Shown piece after piece: positions 29,797-44,150 of a stretch of 64,000 nt of DNA. Location of the stretch: NCBI GenBank assembly GCA_963704885.1, contig CAVPIB010000004.1, forward strand, positions 256,001 through 320,000, given 5' to 3'. Origin of the DNA: an uncultured Actinomycetes bacterium. Its GTDB lineage: Bacteria; Actinomycetota; UBA4738; HRBIN12. A program made the translations under genes and the position numbers. The notes under the pieces are model-generated. The model ran no database searches. It was not told where the DNA came from and was given only the letters and a program-made list of their open reading frames with translations. Positions within the stretch are counted from its first letter, which is position 1. Each line of letters begins with the position of its first letter.

Positions 29797-31010
29797 AGCA
29801 GTTCCTTGACGTGGAACAGCCATTGCCGTACCTGTTCCACGAGCAGATCCCAGTAGAGCCGCAGCGACGGTGAGAACCACACCACCACGAACATCGCGAA
29901 CAGCGCCGAGCCAACCAGCAGGAGGGTATCGAGGGCCCGGAAACCGCGCCCCTGATAGATGCGCGACACACCTTTGGCATCGACGAGCGTCTCTCCCACA
30001 CGCAGACGCACCAGGAAGGTGCTCGCCATGCCGCCTCTGCCCTTGTCGAGGAACTCGCGAAGGTTCCCGTGGGTGCCTACGGCCACGATCAGATCTGCCC
30101 GCTTCTCGTGCGCCAACAGGAAGGCCACATCCTCGCTCGTGCCCGCCGACCTCACCACCACGAACGGAACGCCCAGGGTCTCCAGTCGCTCAGCTCCCGG
30201 GGCACGCCCGTCCGAGTAGGCGTGAACGATGAGCTCGGTCGGTTGGCGTCGACGTCTTGACCTCAAGGCCAACTCCAGAGCCCGGTCCGACACGCTGTCC
30301 ATATCACCCAAGATCAGATCGGGGGTGTACCCCTCGTCAAGGAGGGCGTCGGCGCCTCCATCGACCCCCAACAGAACCGGGCGTACATCGCCTATATAGC
30401 CGCGCAGTGCGGCCAGGTCCTCCCGATAGCTGTACCCACGAACCACGACCAACACCGGACGGCCCGCCATCGTGTGGCGGATGTCTGGGAGTCCCGATCC
30501 CCCGAAGAGCATGTCCCGCTCCTCGTGCATGTAGGTCAGGGTGTTGCGCGCGAAGCTCGCGAAGCTCTCTTCGACCGCCTCGTCGGCATCCTCCATGGCT
30601 TGCAGGATGGACGCCTCGGTCTGGCGAACGCCCACGGCGACCAGACCATCCCCGACGTAGATACGGTCACCATCCAGTCGCAGGACGTCGCCTTCGCGAA
30701 CCTTGTCCAGCAGCAATGGCCCGACCCTGTCGATCAAGGGGATCCCCGCTTCGCCCAGGATCAACGGCCCCAGATTGGGGTATCGCCCACTGATGGAGGC
30801 GGCCGCATTCAGGACGGCCGAGACCCCAGCGTCCACCAGTGCCTCCGCGGCGACGCGATCCAGATCCTCGTGGTCGATCACCGCCACGTCCCCCGGCCCT
30901 GCACGCGGGACCAGATCCTTCGTTCGCCGATCCACCCGTGCGATGCCGGCCGTCTGGCGCCCTCGGCGCGATGGACGTCGTCGCAGACCTCGAGTCCTGG
31001 GCGTTGACGT
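29793..31010 (-). CDS. steA: SteA-family protein (thiamine-pyrophosphokinase-like); probable ACG start at 31010, first canonical start at 30935
   Basis: GIARVDRRTK.L, SISGRYPNLGP, GVDGGADAL, HAYSDGRAPG, STFLVRLRVG..LVDAKGVS. Confidence 0.88.
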   Translation of the reverse strand, partial: TSTPRTRGLRRRPSRRGRQTAGIARVDRRTKDLVPRAGPGDVAVIDHEDLDRVAAEALVDAGVSAVLNAAASISGRYPNLGPLILGEAGIPLIDRVGPLLLDKVREGDVLRLDGDRIYVGDGLVAVGVRQTEASILQAMEDADEAVEESFASFARNTLTYMHEERDMLFGGSGLPDIRHTMAGRPVLVVVRGYSYREDLAALRGYIGDVRPVLLGVDGGADALLDEGYTPDLILGDMDSVSDRALELALRSRRRRQPTELIVHAYSDGRAPGAERLETLGVPFVVVRSAGTSEDVAFLLAHEKRADLIVAVGTHGNLREFLDKGRGGMASTFLVRLRVGETLVDAKGVSRIYQGRGFRALDTLLLVGSALFAMFVVVWFSPSLRLYWDLLVEQVRQWLFHVKELL

Positions 31011-31119
31011 GTGCGGTCCCTCCTCGGCGGGTTCAGCTGGCGATCCCGCCCGCCGCGGGTCACCACGCAGGGTAGCCGACCTTCAACCGAATCGCCTGGA
31101 GGGCTCAGGGAGGTCCAGC

Positions 31120-32766
31120 TCAGATAGGTCCGGCCCTGGAGGACGAGGCTGCCGCCAACAGCTCCTCCGCGTGCGTGACGGCTCCCTCGCTCCCCGTGAG
31201 CCCGGCGAGCATCCTCGACAGCTCCTGGACGCGCTCGTCGTCTGACAGGACGCGCAGGTGAGCCTTGCCAGCCTGTTTGGCCACCACGATGTGCCTGTCG
31301 GCGAAGCAAGCGATCTGCGGTAGATGCGTCACGACCAGGACCTGGCGCCCACAGGCCAGACGCGCCAGCCGGCGGCCGACCGCCAGCCCCGCTTCGCCTC
31401 CGATCCCCGCGTCCACCTCGTCGAAGACGAGCGTCGGCACCTCATCCACGTCGGCCAGGACGCTCCGGCACGCGAGCATGGTCCTGGACAACTCGCCCCC
31501 GGAGGCGGCCTTCGCCAGCGGCGCGAGTCGCTGTCCCGTCGAGGGCGCCAGTCGGAGCTCGACCCGTTCCTCGCCGGCGGGTCCCGGGTCGGTCGTCTCC
31601 AGCCACACTTCGACCACTGCGCCGGGCATCCCGAGCTCGTGCAACTCCCGCTCCAGGGCTTCCGCCAATCCTGGCGCCGCCCTCGTGCGCCCAGCCGTGA
31701 CCGCCGATGCGCGATCCTCGAGCTCGTTCGTGAGGTGATCGACCTCGCTGGTCAACTCCGCCAGTCGTTCGTCCGCCGTCGCGAGCGTCGCGAGTCGCTC
31801 TGACGCGAGGCCGAGGAAGGCCCGCACTTCGTCGTCGGTGGCCCCGTACTTGCGTTGGAGACCCTTCAGGGCGGCCAGGCGTTCGCGAACCCCCTGGAGT
31901 GCGTCCGGATCGACGACCAGCGACTCGCGATAGGCCCGCACGTCACGGGCTAGCTCGGAGAGCTCAGCCGCGGATCCACGAGCGCGTCCCCCCAGAGGCG
32001 AGGCCTCCCGATCATGCCGGGCGGCATCCTCCAGGAGCGCCGCGGCCGCGGCCGCCTCGTCGGCGGGCGACGTCTCCCCGGTCAGGATCTGCTCTGCGGC
32101 GGCGGCCCGCTCCAGCAGTCGCTCGACATGCGCCAGGCGTGATTCCTCGCCGGTGAGATCCTCCGTTTCGCCCGACCGTGGCCCGACGGCTTCGATCTCC
32201 CGAACCTGGTAGTCGAGCAGCCCGATCTCTCGTTCGCGTTCGCGGGCAGCCTCCGTGAGCTCCTTCAGAGCCGCGTTCGCAGACCGCCATCCGTCCCACG
32301 TTTGCCGGTACCTCGCCAAAGCCACCACGTGCGCGTCGCCTGCGAACCGATCGAGGAACTCGGTCTGGATCGACGCCGAGAGCAGCCCTTGAGCCTGACC
32401 CTGTCCATGGACCTCTACCAGCGAGGCGCCCAGCGAGCTCAGGACCGAAGCCGTAGCCATCTGTCCTCCTACCCTCGCTGAGCTCTTCCCGTCGGCACCG
32501 ATCGATCGCGCCAGCACGAGTTCGCCGTCCTCGGCCCACTCCTCGGTCCCCTCGGGCGCGTCGAACCTGACCTGGACGCGTGCGGCACCGGCGCCGTCAC
32601 GCACGAGAGATCCGGTTGCCCTGGCCCCCAGGGCGAGAGAGAGCCCCACCGTCACCATGGTCTTTCCGGCCCCGGTCTCGCCGGTGAGAACGTTCAGGCC
32701 GGGGTGCAGCTCAAGATCGAGGTCGTCGAAGACCCCCAGACCCGTGATGTGCAGCTCCCGCAGCAC
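31120..32766 (-). CDS. recN: DNA repair protein RecN
   Basis: LTGETGAGK, ASGGELSR, LVFDEVDAGIGG, VTHLPQIA. Confidence 0.95.
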   Translation of the reverse strand: MLRELHITGLGVFDDLDLELHPGLNVLTGETGAGKTMVTVGLSLALGARATGSLVRDGAGAARVQVRFDAPEGTEEWAEDGELVLARSIGADGKSSARVGGQMATASVLSSLGASLVEVHGQGQAQGLLSASIQTEFLDRFAGDAHVVALARYRQTWDGWRSANAALKELTEAAREREREIGLLDYQVREIEAVGPRSGETEDLTGEESRLAHVERLLERAAAAEQILTGETSPADEAAAAAALLEDAARHDREASPLGGRARGSAAELSELARDVRAYRESLVVDPDALQGVRERLAALKGLQRKYGATDDEVRAFLGLASERLATLATADERLAELTSEVDHLTNELEDRASAVTAGRTRAAPGLAEALERELHELGMPGAVVEVWLETTDPGPAGEERVELRLAPSTGQRLAPLAKAASGGELSRTMLACRSVLADVDEVPTLVFDEVDAGIGGEAGLAVGRRLARLACGRQVLVVTHLPQIACFADRHIVVAKQAGKAHLRVLSDDERVQELSRMLAGLTGSEGAVTHAEELLAAASSSRAGPI

Positions 32767-32775
32767 TCTCGGATC

Positions 32776-33630
32776 CTAGTCCGCGGTACCGACATCGCCG
32801 GCGTATCCCGCGCCGCCGCCCGGATCACCCGGCAGCTCGAACTTCTCGCGAACCCGCGTGAGGAAGGCCGGGGCGCCGCGCCGCCGCACCAGGCGCGCGG
32901 GCCTATCCGCCGCCCGGATCAGGACCCTGCTGCCCACGGGGATCTCCACGCTTTGTCTACCATCGGCAGTGATCAACCCCGGCTCGTCGCCGACCACCTC
33001 CAGGACCACTCGCTGTTCCGCACCCAACACGAACGAGCGGTCGAACACCATGTGAGCCGCGACCGGGGTGAGGACCAAGCACGGCACGTCGGGGCTAACG
33101 ATCGGGCCGCGGGTCGAGAAGGAGTACGCGGTGGAACCGGTGGGCGTCGCAACGACGACGCCGTCCGCCGAGAAGGTCGTTACGTAGGCACCATCCACCT
33201 CGACCGCTAAGCGAACCAGCCGATGCCGGGCTCGCTTCTCCACCATGATCTCGTTCAACGCCCATTGCGCTTGGAACTCGACGCCCCCTGCCGGCTCCGC
33301 GGTCGCGGCCAGTCGCTCCTCGATGGCGGCGTCGCCGTCAAGGGCTCTAGAGATCAGATCGAACGCCTCACCCGGCTCCACCTCCGTCAGGAACCCGAGC
33401 CGCCCGACCTTAACCCCCAAGACCGGACAGCCCGCCTGAGCGGCGACGTGAGCCCCTCGCAGGAACGTCCCGTCCCCACCGACAGAAACCACCAGGTCCA
33501 GCGCCTCCTCCCCTGCTCCCGCCGCCTTGACGACGACCGCGCCCTCGGATGCGAGCTCCGAGCTGAGGACGTCGGCCGCGGCCATGGCCGCCTCGCGCCC
33601 CTCGTGCACGACGAGCCCGACCACTCTCAT
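32776..33630 (-). CDS. nadK: NAD kinase
   Basis: GGDGTFL, GRLGFLT, ALNE, DGVVVATPTGSTAY. Confidence 0.95.
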   Translation of the reverse strand: MRVVGLVVHEGREAAMAAADVLSSELASEGAVVVKAAGAGEEALDLVVSVGGDGTFLRGAHVAAQAGCPVLGVKVGRLGFLTEVEPGEAFDLISRALDGDAAIEERLAATAEPAGGVEFQAQWALNEIMVEKRARHRLVRLAVEVDGAYVTTFSADGVVVATPTGSTAYSFSTRGPIVSPDVPCLVLTPVAAHMVFDRSFVLGAEQRVVLEVVGDEPGLITADGRQSVEIPVGSRVLIRAADRPARLVRRRGAPAFLTRVREKFELPGDPGGGAGYAGDVGTAD

Positions 33631-34424
33631 CGACGGAGCCTCTCACCCTCACCGATCGCCTGATCGAGGTCCACGACGCCTTCCGGCGCCCCCTTTCGAC
33701 CGCGCATGAGGAACTCCACGTTGCCCGCCGGTCCCACGAGCGGAGAGACCATGACACCTACGACGCCCATCCCGTTGACGAGGCAGGCATCCGTCACCTC
33801 GCCCAGCACGCGTCGCCAAACGAGCGGGTCCCTGACCACGCCTCCCCGGCCCACGTGGTCCGGACCGGCCTCGAACTGGGGCTTCACCAGGAGCACCAGA
33901 TCGGCGGCCGGCGCGGCCACGCGCGAGAGCGCCGGCAGGACAGCTCTCAGGGAGATGAACGAGAGGTCGGCGACGATCAGCTCGGGAGCGAACGCCAGGT
34001 GGGTGGGGTCTAGGTTGCGGGCGTTCGTTCGCTCCATGACGAGGACCCGAGGATCCGTCCTCAGCTCCCAGGCTAGCTGCCCGTACCCGACGTCGACGGC
34101 GATGACCCTTCCCGCGCCCGCCCGGAGCAAGCAATCGGTGAACCCTCCCGTCGACGCCCCGGCATCGAGGCAATCGCGACCGCTCGGATCGATGCCGAAA
34201 CGGTCGAGCGCCGCCTGGAGCTTGTCTCCACCTCTGGACACGAACCGTCGAGGGGACGCCGTCATATGGAGCGGCTCGTCGTCTGAGACGAGCGACGCCG
34301 GCTTCGTCGCGGGGTGGCCGCTCACCATCACCAGGCCTGCGTCGACCGCTGCCTGGGCCTCGGTGCGACTCGTCACCAACCCCCGGCGAACTAGCTCCGC
34401 GTCGAGACGCCGCCGAGCCGCCAT
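33627..34424 (-). CDS. tlyA: TlyA rRNA 2'-O-methyltransferase
   Basis: RLDAELVRRGL, FVSRGGDKL, DAGASTGGFTD, LVKPQFE, GNVEF. Confidence 0.94.
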   Translation of the reverse strand: MAARRRLDAELVRRGLVTSRTEAQAAVDAGLVMVSGHPATKPASLVSDDEPLHMTASPRRFVSRGGDKLQAALDRFGIDPSGRDCLDAGASTGGFTDCLLRAGAGRVIAVDVGYGQLAWELRTDPRVLVMERTNARNLDPTHLAFAPELIVADLSFISLRAVLPALSRVAAPAADLVLLVKPQFEAGPDHVGRGGVVRDPLVWRRVLGEVTDACLVNGMGVVGVMVSPLVGPAGNVEFLMRGRKGAPEGVVDLDQAIGEGERLRR

Positions 34425-34431
34425 CGGCCGC

Positions 34432-34809
34432 TCAGGCGTTGCCAGTGGCCGCCGGCTTCTTAGCCGCGGGCCTGCGGGCGGCGGGCTTCTTGGCACCCGA
34501 CTTCCGCCCGGAGGCGGTCATCCCCGCGCGCCGTTCCAGCTCGCGAACCCGCTTCTTCAACGCGTCAACCTCGGGTCGCGATGCCACACCCATCGACGTC
34601 AACTGGTTGGAGATCTCGCGCCCGATGAAGTCGCGTAGCCGGTCGCGGTAGCGCTGGGACCACTCCAGCATGTCGGCGGCCAACCTCGCCACCTGCTCCT
34701 TCGCGGTTCCCGGGTCGGACAGGCTCTTCGCGAGCTCCTGGGCCTTGGCCGGCGTCAGGTTGCCTATCGTCGCCTCGATGCTCTTGCGGACTTCGTCGAG
34801 AGTGGTCAT
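34432..34809 (-). CDS. Hypothetical phasin-like coiled-coil protein with a Lys/Ala-rich tail
   Basis: GVASRPEVDALKKRVRELE followed by KKPAA/RRPAA repeats. AAGGAG ribosome-binding site. Confidence 0.75.
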   Translation of the reverse strand: MTTLDEVRKSIEATIGNLTPAKAQELAKSLSDPGTAKEQVARLAADMLEWSQRYRDRLRDFIGREISNQLTSMGVASRPEVDALKKRVRELERRAGMTASGRKSGAKKPAARRPAAKKPAATGNA

Positions 34810-34865
34810 AGCATCTCCTTGAGTAAGCGAGCACCGCGGTCGTTCCTCAGCATACCGCCGCCCTA

Positions 34866-35663
34866 TCAGGGCTCATCCGGCCTGGCGTCGAAGAGCGCCG
34901 AGAGATCGGCGCCGACGAAGGTCGGGAGGAAGGGCGATCCGGCCAGATCGTCGCGCCGGGTGACACCGGTGAGGACGAGCAGTGAATCCCATCCGAGCGC
35001 GGCCGCGCCTGCGATGTCGGTCTCGAGTCGATCGCCGATCAAGAGCGGCTGTCCCCCGCCCGCCCTGGCCAGAGCCGACCGCAGGATCGGCGGATGCGGC
35101 TTCCCCACGATCTCCGCTCTGATCCCGGTCGTCGTCTCGATGGCGGCCAGGAGGGCACCCGCCCCTGGCCACCGTCCATCGGGCGCCGGGTAGGAGGCGT
35201 CCGCGTTCGTCGCCACCAGCCATGACCCGCGCTCCACGAGCAGGGAGGCCCTCCGCAGCTTGTCGTAGTTCGCCTGCCGATCCCACCCCACGACGACGCT
35301 ATCCGAGCGCTCCGCGTCCGCGGCGGCCAGCGCGATCCCGACGCTCGTGAGCGCCTGTCGGACACCCTCCTCTCCGATCACGAACGCGTCGGTCACTCCA
35401 CGGGCTACCAGGAGTTCGGCGGTCGCGAGCGCCGAAGTCTCGACCTCGTCGGCTCTGGCCTGGACACCGACCGCGATGAGCGCCGCCGCCACCGCCTGGG
35501 CCGTGCGGCTCGAGTTGTTCGTCACGAACGCGACCCGCCTGCCGAGGGCGCGGAGCCGATCGATCGCTTCAGCGGCGCCCGGGATCGGGTCGGACCCCCT
35601 ATAGAGAACCCCGTCCAGATCGAACAGGAACGCCTCGTACCTGTCGGCCAGGATGGCCATCAT
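34866..35663 (-). CDS. HAD-IIA family hydrolase (NagD-like)
   Basis: FDLDGV, TNNSS, GKP, IGDRLETDI. Confidence 0.92.
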   Translation of the reverse strand: MMAILADRYEAFLFDLDGVLYRGSDPIPGAAEAIDRLRALGRRVAFVTNNSSRTAQAVAAALIAVGVQARADEVETSALATAELLVARGVTDAFVIGEEGVRQALTSVGIALAAADAERSDSVVVGWDRQANYDKLRRASLLVERGSWLVATNADASYPAPDGRWPGAGALLAAIETTTGIRAEIVGKPHPPILRSALARAGGGQPLLIGDRLETDIAGAAALGWDSLLVLTGVTRRDDLAGSPFLPTFVGADLSALFDARPDEP

Positions 35664-35764
35664 GTCGTCGATCGCCCGAGCGCGAGGTGCTCGTAGTCAT
35701 CGCTCGGATCAAGGATGACGGCTTTCGCGAACTCACTCCGAACCAGGCGGTCGCGGCCGGTCAT
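35660..35764 (-). pseudogene. Short ORF or TPR-gene remnant (34 aa)
   Basis: MTGRDRLVRSEFAKAVILDPSDDYEHLALGRSTT resembles one TPR repeat, and its stop overlaps the HAD start. Confidence 0.45.
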
Positions 35765-35835
35765 GCGCGACGCCCGGCCGCGCGCGTGCGGGCCGAAGAC
35801 CTCCTGCTTTGGGTCGTCGCTGTTATACAGGGGGT

Positions 35836-37008
35836 GTGCCTCGCGTCTTCCCGTTCCCTTCGTTGGTCTACGATCCCGCCGTCGCCGGTCCGCTCGACCG
35901 CGTGACCGCGCCGCCGTACGACGTTATCAGCGAGGCCCGCCGGCGAGAACTCCAGACGGAGCCGCGGAACATCGCTCAGATCGACCTGGCCATCGGGCCG
36001 GGCTCAGAGGGAGACCGCTACCGGGCGGCGGCAGAGCTGCTCCATCGATGGACGGCGGAAGGTGTGCTTCGGCGTGAGGAGCCGGCGTTCCACGCCTATG
36101 AGATGCGGGTCGGGCGCGACGCCGCGATGTGCCGGGTCCGCGGTGTCTTCGCGGCGATGGAGCTCGAAGAGTGGGGCGGGAACGTCCTACCCCACGAGGA
36201 GACGATGCCGGGACCGATCGAGGACCGTCTCCGCCTGCTCCGAGCCGCGCGGACGCATCTGTCGGCCGTGTACGGCATCGTGACCGGCCCGTGTCCTCCC
36301 CTCGTGGATCTCCTGGACCGAACCGTGCGAGAACCACCCTCAGGCGAAGCTGTCGATGAGCAGGGCGTACGCCATCGCCGCTGGCGCATCATTGAGGAGC
36401 AGCCGGTCTCGGCATGGCTCGAGAACCAGACCCTCCTGATCGCCGATGGCCATCATCGCTACGCAACGGCGCTCGCGTACCGGGACGAGATGCGAGCCGC
36501 CTCCGGTCCCGGTCCGTGGGATCGCCTCCTCACCTTCATCGTCGACGCTGGTTCTGAGCATCTAACGGTGGCTCCGTTCCATCGAGTGCAACTCTCGGGC
36601 GCGCCGATGGCGGTGGGTGCCCCTGTTGGCTCGCTCGAAGAGGCGCTCGCCGCGTGCTCTGACGACGACACCGTGGTGGGCTTAGTCGTACCCACGGAGG
36701 ACGACATCGAGGTCCGGGTGGTGAACCTGAGCGGCGAACCACCCGCGGTTCGGGCTCTACATGCGGAGCTGATCGATCCAGCACTGCCGCCCACAGCGTT
36801 CCGGTACACACCGGATGCCGAAGAGGCGGCGGCGGCGGTGCGAGGCGGGATCGCTACCGCGGCCTACCTCCTGCCACCGACCACACCGGACCGCGTTCGG
36901 GAGGTCGTGCAGCGGGGCGAGCGACTGCCGCAGAAGTCCACATACTTCTGGCCCAAACCTCGAACCGGGATGGTCCTCATGCCGCTCGAGTCCCTCACCC
37001 CGGTCTAG
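35836..37008 (+). CDS. DUF1015 family protein
   Basis: APPYDVIS, LPHEET, IADGHHRY, LPQKSTYFWPK. Confidence 0.9.
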   Translation: MPRVFPFPSLVYDPAVAGPLDRVTAPPYDVISEARRRELQTEPRNIAQIDLAIGPGSEGDRYRAAAELLHRWTAEGVLRREEPAFHAYEMRVGRDAAMCRVRGVFAAMELEEWGGNVLPHEETMPGPIEDRLRLLRAARTHLSAVYGIVTGPCPPLVDLLDRTVREPPSGEAVDEQGVRHRRWRIIEEQPVSAWLENQTLLIADGHHRYATALAYRDEMRAASGPGPWDRLLTFIVDAGSEHLTVAPFHRVQLSGAPMAVGAPVGSLEEALAACSDDDTVVGLVVPTEDDIEVRVVNLSGEPPAVRALHAELIDPALPPTAFRYTPDAEEAAAAVRGGIATAAYLLPPTTPDRVREVVQRGERLPQKSTYFWPKPRTGMVLMPLESLTPV

Positions 37009-37325
37009 GGGTCTCCCACCGCTGCCTCGAGCTTCTTGATCCCCGTCGCGACCACCTCCGTGAGGCTCCGCGCTCCAGCCCCGCTCCGGTAGAACCGGCG
37101 AGCGAGTGTGCCATACACCAGCACATCATCACCCTTTCCGATCCCCTTCAGCGCCCGTTTGCCGACCGCCGTGTGCCACACGGCCACCGGGAGGGGGAGG
37201 AGGCGCTTGCCCGCCTCCGGAACGGAGAGCCGGAGCTCGGTTACCTCATCGCCCGACGGCATCCGGCGCTCGACCGGCTCTGCCGCCACGGTCCCCGCGA
37301 GGACGACGACGTTCACCGTCACCAT
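37005..37325 (-). CDS. Short single-stranded DNA-binding protein (OB fold without acidic tail)
   Basis: NVVVLAG...RRMPSG...KGDDVLVYGTL.RRF...TEVVA. GAGGAGG ribosome-binding site. Confidence 0.82.
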   Translation of the reverse strand: MVTVNVVVLAGTVAAEPVERRMPSGDEVTELRLSVPEAGKRLLPLPVAVWHTAVGKRALKGIGKGDDVLVYGTLARRFYRSGAGARSLTEVVATGIKKLEAAVGDP

Positions 37326-37392
37326 GGCTCCTCCTCATCCGACGGACACGCTAGCAGCGGGTACCGACACGACCGGCCGTAGACTCGCGACC

Positions 37393-38343
37393 GTGGGGAT
37401 CGTCACGTTCGTCGTCGCGCCTGGCATCACCGCTATCGACACGTTCATGGGGGGACGCGAGCGCTACACGGCCGCCTATCTGCTGAACGCGACCGAGCCC
37501 GCGCTGGTCGAGACCGGTCCCGGCACGTCCGTCGAGCCCGTGACGCGAGCGCTCGACGCGCTCGGGATCGGGTCGGACGCGCTAGCCCACGTCGTACTCA
37601 CGCACATCCACCTGGATCATGCGGGAGGCGTCGGCGCCCTCGCCGCCGCGTTCCCGCGGGCGACCATCTGGGTCCACGGACGCGGGGCACGCCACCTTGC
37701 CGAGCCGGCTCGGCTTGTCGCGAGCGCCACCCGCGTCTACGGAGCGGACCGTATGGCCACCCTGTTCGGACCCGTGGAACCCGTTCCGGCAGACCGCATC
37801 CAGGTCTTCGATGGCGGCGCGTCACTGGATCTTGGCGGGCGATCGCTCACTGCCCTCGATACCCCGGGACACGCCTCGCATCACCTGGCGATCGTCGATT
37901 CCGCAACCGGCGTCGTCTTCACCGGCGATGCCCTCGGCATCCACGTTCCGGCTCTGCCCATCCTCCGGCCGGCCACGCCCCCACCGGACTTCGATCTCGA
38001 CCTGGCGATCGCTAGCATCGAGCGCATCCGGTCGGTCGACCCATCGACCCTGCTCTTCGCCCACTTCGGTCCTATCGCGGACGTCGAGAGGACCTGCGAC
38101 CTCGCCGTCAGGAAACTACGTACCTGGACGACGACGGTGGAGCGCGCGATGGAGCGCACCAGCGACGTCGACGAGATCGTCGAAGTGCTAGCCCGCGAGG
38201 CGGCCGCCGAGATCGTGACCGGAGCCGAAGCCCAGCTTGACCTGGATCGCCTGGAGACGCTCGCCGGGATCCGCATGAACGCGCTTGGGATCATGCGGTA
38301 TCTAGCGCAGCGTGCCGAGCTGGAGCGTCGTCAGCCCAACTGA
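37393..38343 (+). CDS. MBL-fold metallo-hydrolase
   Basis: THIHLDHAGG, TPGHASHH, FTGD, FAHFG. The GTG lies 7 nt after TAGACT. Confidence 0.9.
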   Translation: MGIVTFVVAPGITAIDTFMGGRERYTAAYLLNATEPALVETGPGTSVEPVTRALDALGIGSDALAHVVLTHIHLDHAGGVGALAAAFPRATIWVHGRGARHLAEPARLVASATRVYGADRMATLFGPVEPVPADRIQVFDGGASLDLGGRSLTALDTPGHASHHLAIVDSATGVVFTGDALGIHVPALPILRPATPPPDFDLDLAIASIERIRSVDPSTLLFAHFGPIADVERTCDLAVRKLRTWTTTVERAMERTSDVDEIVEVLAREAAAEIVTGAEAQLDLDRLETLAGIRMNALGIMRYLAQRAELERRQPN

Positions 38344-39020
38344 GCCAGCCGTTCGGCGGCGTCGAAGGCGCTCGTGTCGTGGCGCATGACCTTGCGGAAC
38401 TCCTCGGCAGCCTCCGCCTTGCGTCCGGCGCGAGCCAAGATGTCGCCCCGCACGTACCAGAGCCTGAGCGTGTACGTCTCCGAGATGTCATCCCGGGTCT
38501 TAGCTCGCCCCAGGAAGGCCAGCGCCTCCGCGAAACGTTTCTGGTCGGCCAACGCAGACGCCGCCACTATCACTGCCTCCGCTTTGGCATCGTTGGGGGC
38601 CGTGCCCCGCAGCTCCTCCTCGGCCAACGGAACGGCGTCCGCTGGACGTCCCAGGCCGCGGAGGCAGTCGGCGATCAGGTGGTTCTGGTCGACCCGCCCC
38701 GTGATCCGCTTGTAGGCCTTCAACTCCGTCATGGCCTCACTCCATCGCTCCTGGCCGTACAACGCCAGGCCGAGCACCTCTCGCACAGCGGCCGACCGGG
38801 GGGCGAACCTCTTGGCCTTCTCCGCCTCCGCCGCCGAACCCCCCGCATCCCCTCGCTCGAGAAGCTCGATAGCTCGCGACAGCCGAGCGATGGCGTTCTG
38901 CTGATCCGATGGACGCGCCGTGCTGCGGACCTCTTCGAGGATGTCTCGCGGAAGCTGACTGTTGGTCGGACCGGGACGGCGTTGGCCCCCGCCAGAGCGG
39001 GGGCGAAGTGGTTTGGGCAT
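38331..39020 (-). CDS. Tetratricopeptide-repeat protein
   Basis: AAVREVLGLALY, ADCLRGLGRP, RLWYVRGD.L...GR..EA. Confidence 0.85.
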   Translation of the reverse strand: MPKPLRPRSGGGQRRPGPTNSQLPRDILEEVRSTARPSDQQNAIARLSRAIELLERGDAGGSAAEAEKAKRFAPRSAAVREVLGLALYGQERWSEAMTELKAYKRITGRVDQNHLIADCLRGLGRPADAVPLAEEELRGTAPNDAKAEAVIVAASALADQKRFAEALAFLGRAKTRDDISETYTLRLWYVRGDILARAGRKAEAAEEFRKVMRHDTSAFDAAERLAQLG

Positions 39021-39040
39021 CGATGCTCCAGGGTACGAGA

Positions 39041-39075
39041 AACGGAACGGGCCACCCTTCCGGGTAGCCCGTTCC
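39041..39075 (-). terminator. rRNA operon terminator hairpin
   Basis: GGAACGGGCTACCC-GGAA-GGGTGGCCCGTTCC then GTTTC, immediately after the 5S gene. Confidence 0.75.
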
Positions 39076-39081
39076 TAACGA

Positions 39082-39202
39082 TGTTCCGGCGACGACCTAC
39101 TCTCCCACCCAGTCGCCCAGGCAGTACCATCGGCGCTGGAGGGCTTAACTTCCGGGTTCGGGATGGGACCGGGTGTTTCCCCTCCGCCATAGCCACCGAA
39201 AC
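39082..39202 (-). rRNA. rrf: 5S rRNA
   Basis: CACCCGGTCCCATCCCGAACCCGGAAGTTAAG...GATGGTACTGC...GGGAGAGTAGG. Ends approximate. Confidence 0.96.
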
Positions 39203-39289
39203 GGTGTCTCGGATCCGCTCCTCGGATCCGACGAAGTTGAGGGTGTGGCCCTCGAGCAGAGCTCGGGAACCGATAGCGAGCGCGAGCGA

Positions 39290-42396
<3,107 letters not shown>

Positions 42397-42618
42397 TAGA
42401 TGCTCGCGCTCGCTATCGAGTTCTCAAGGTGCTCGAGGGCTCGCACCCTCAAAGCTGAACAGTGTGTCCACAGGGCGGCCCCGACGTGCAGCCCGGTCGC
42501 TCGCGAACGAGCTACTGAGGTTGGCGGCCGGAGGGCCACATGAATAGCCAGTGAATCGACCTGGAGTCTTGCCGGGTTACCGGAGCCCGAGCGGGCTCCC
42601 CCGGAAGTGCCAAAGGCT

Positions 42619-44150
<1,532 letters not shown>

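Noticed and set aside
34440-34500. KKPAA/RRPAA coding repeats
   Set aside because: An ordinary low-complexity histone-like tail.
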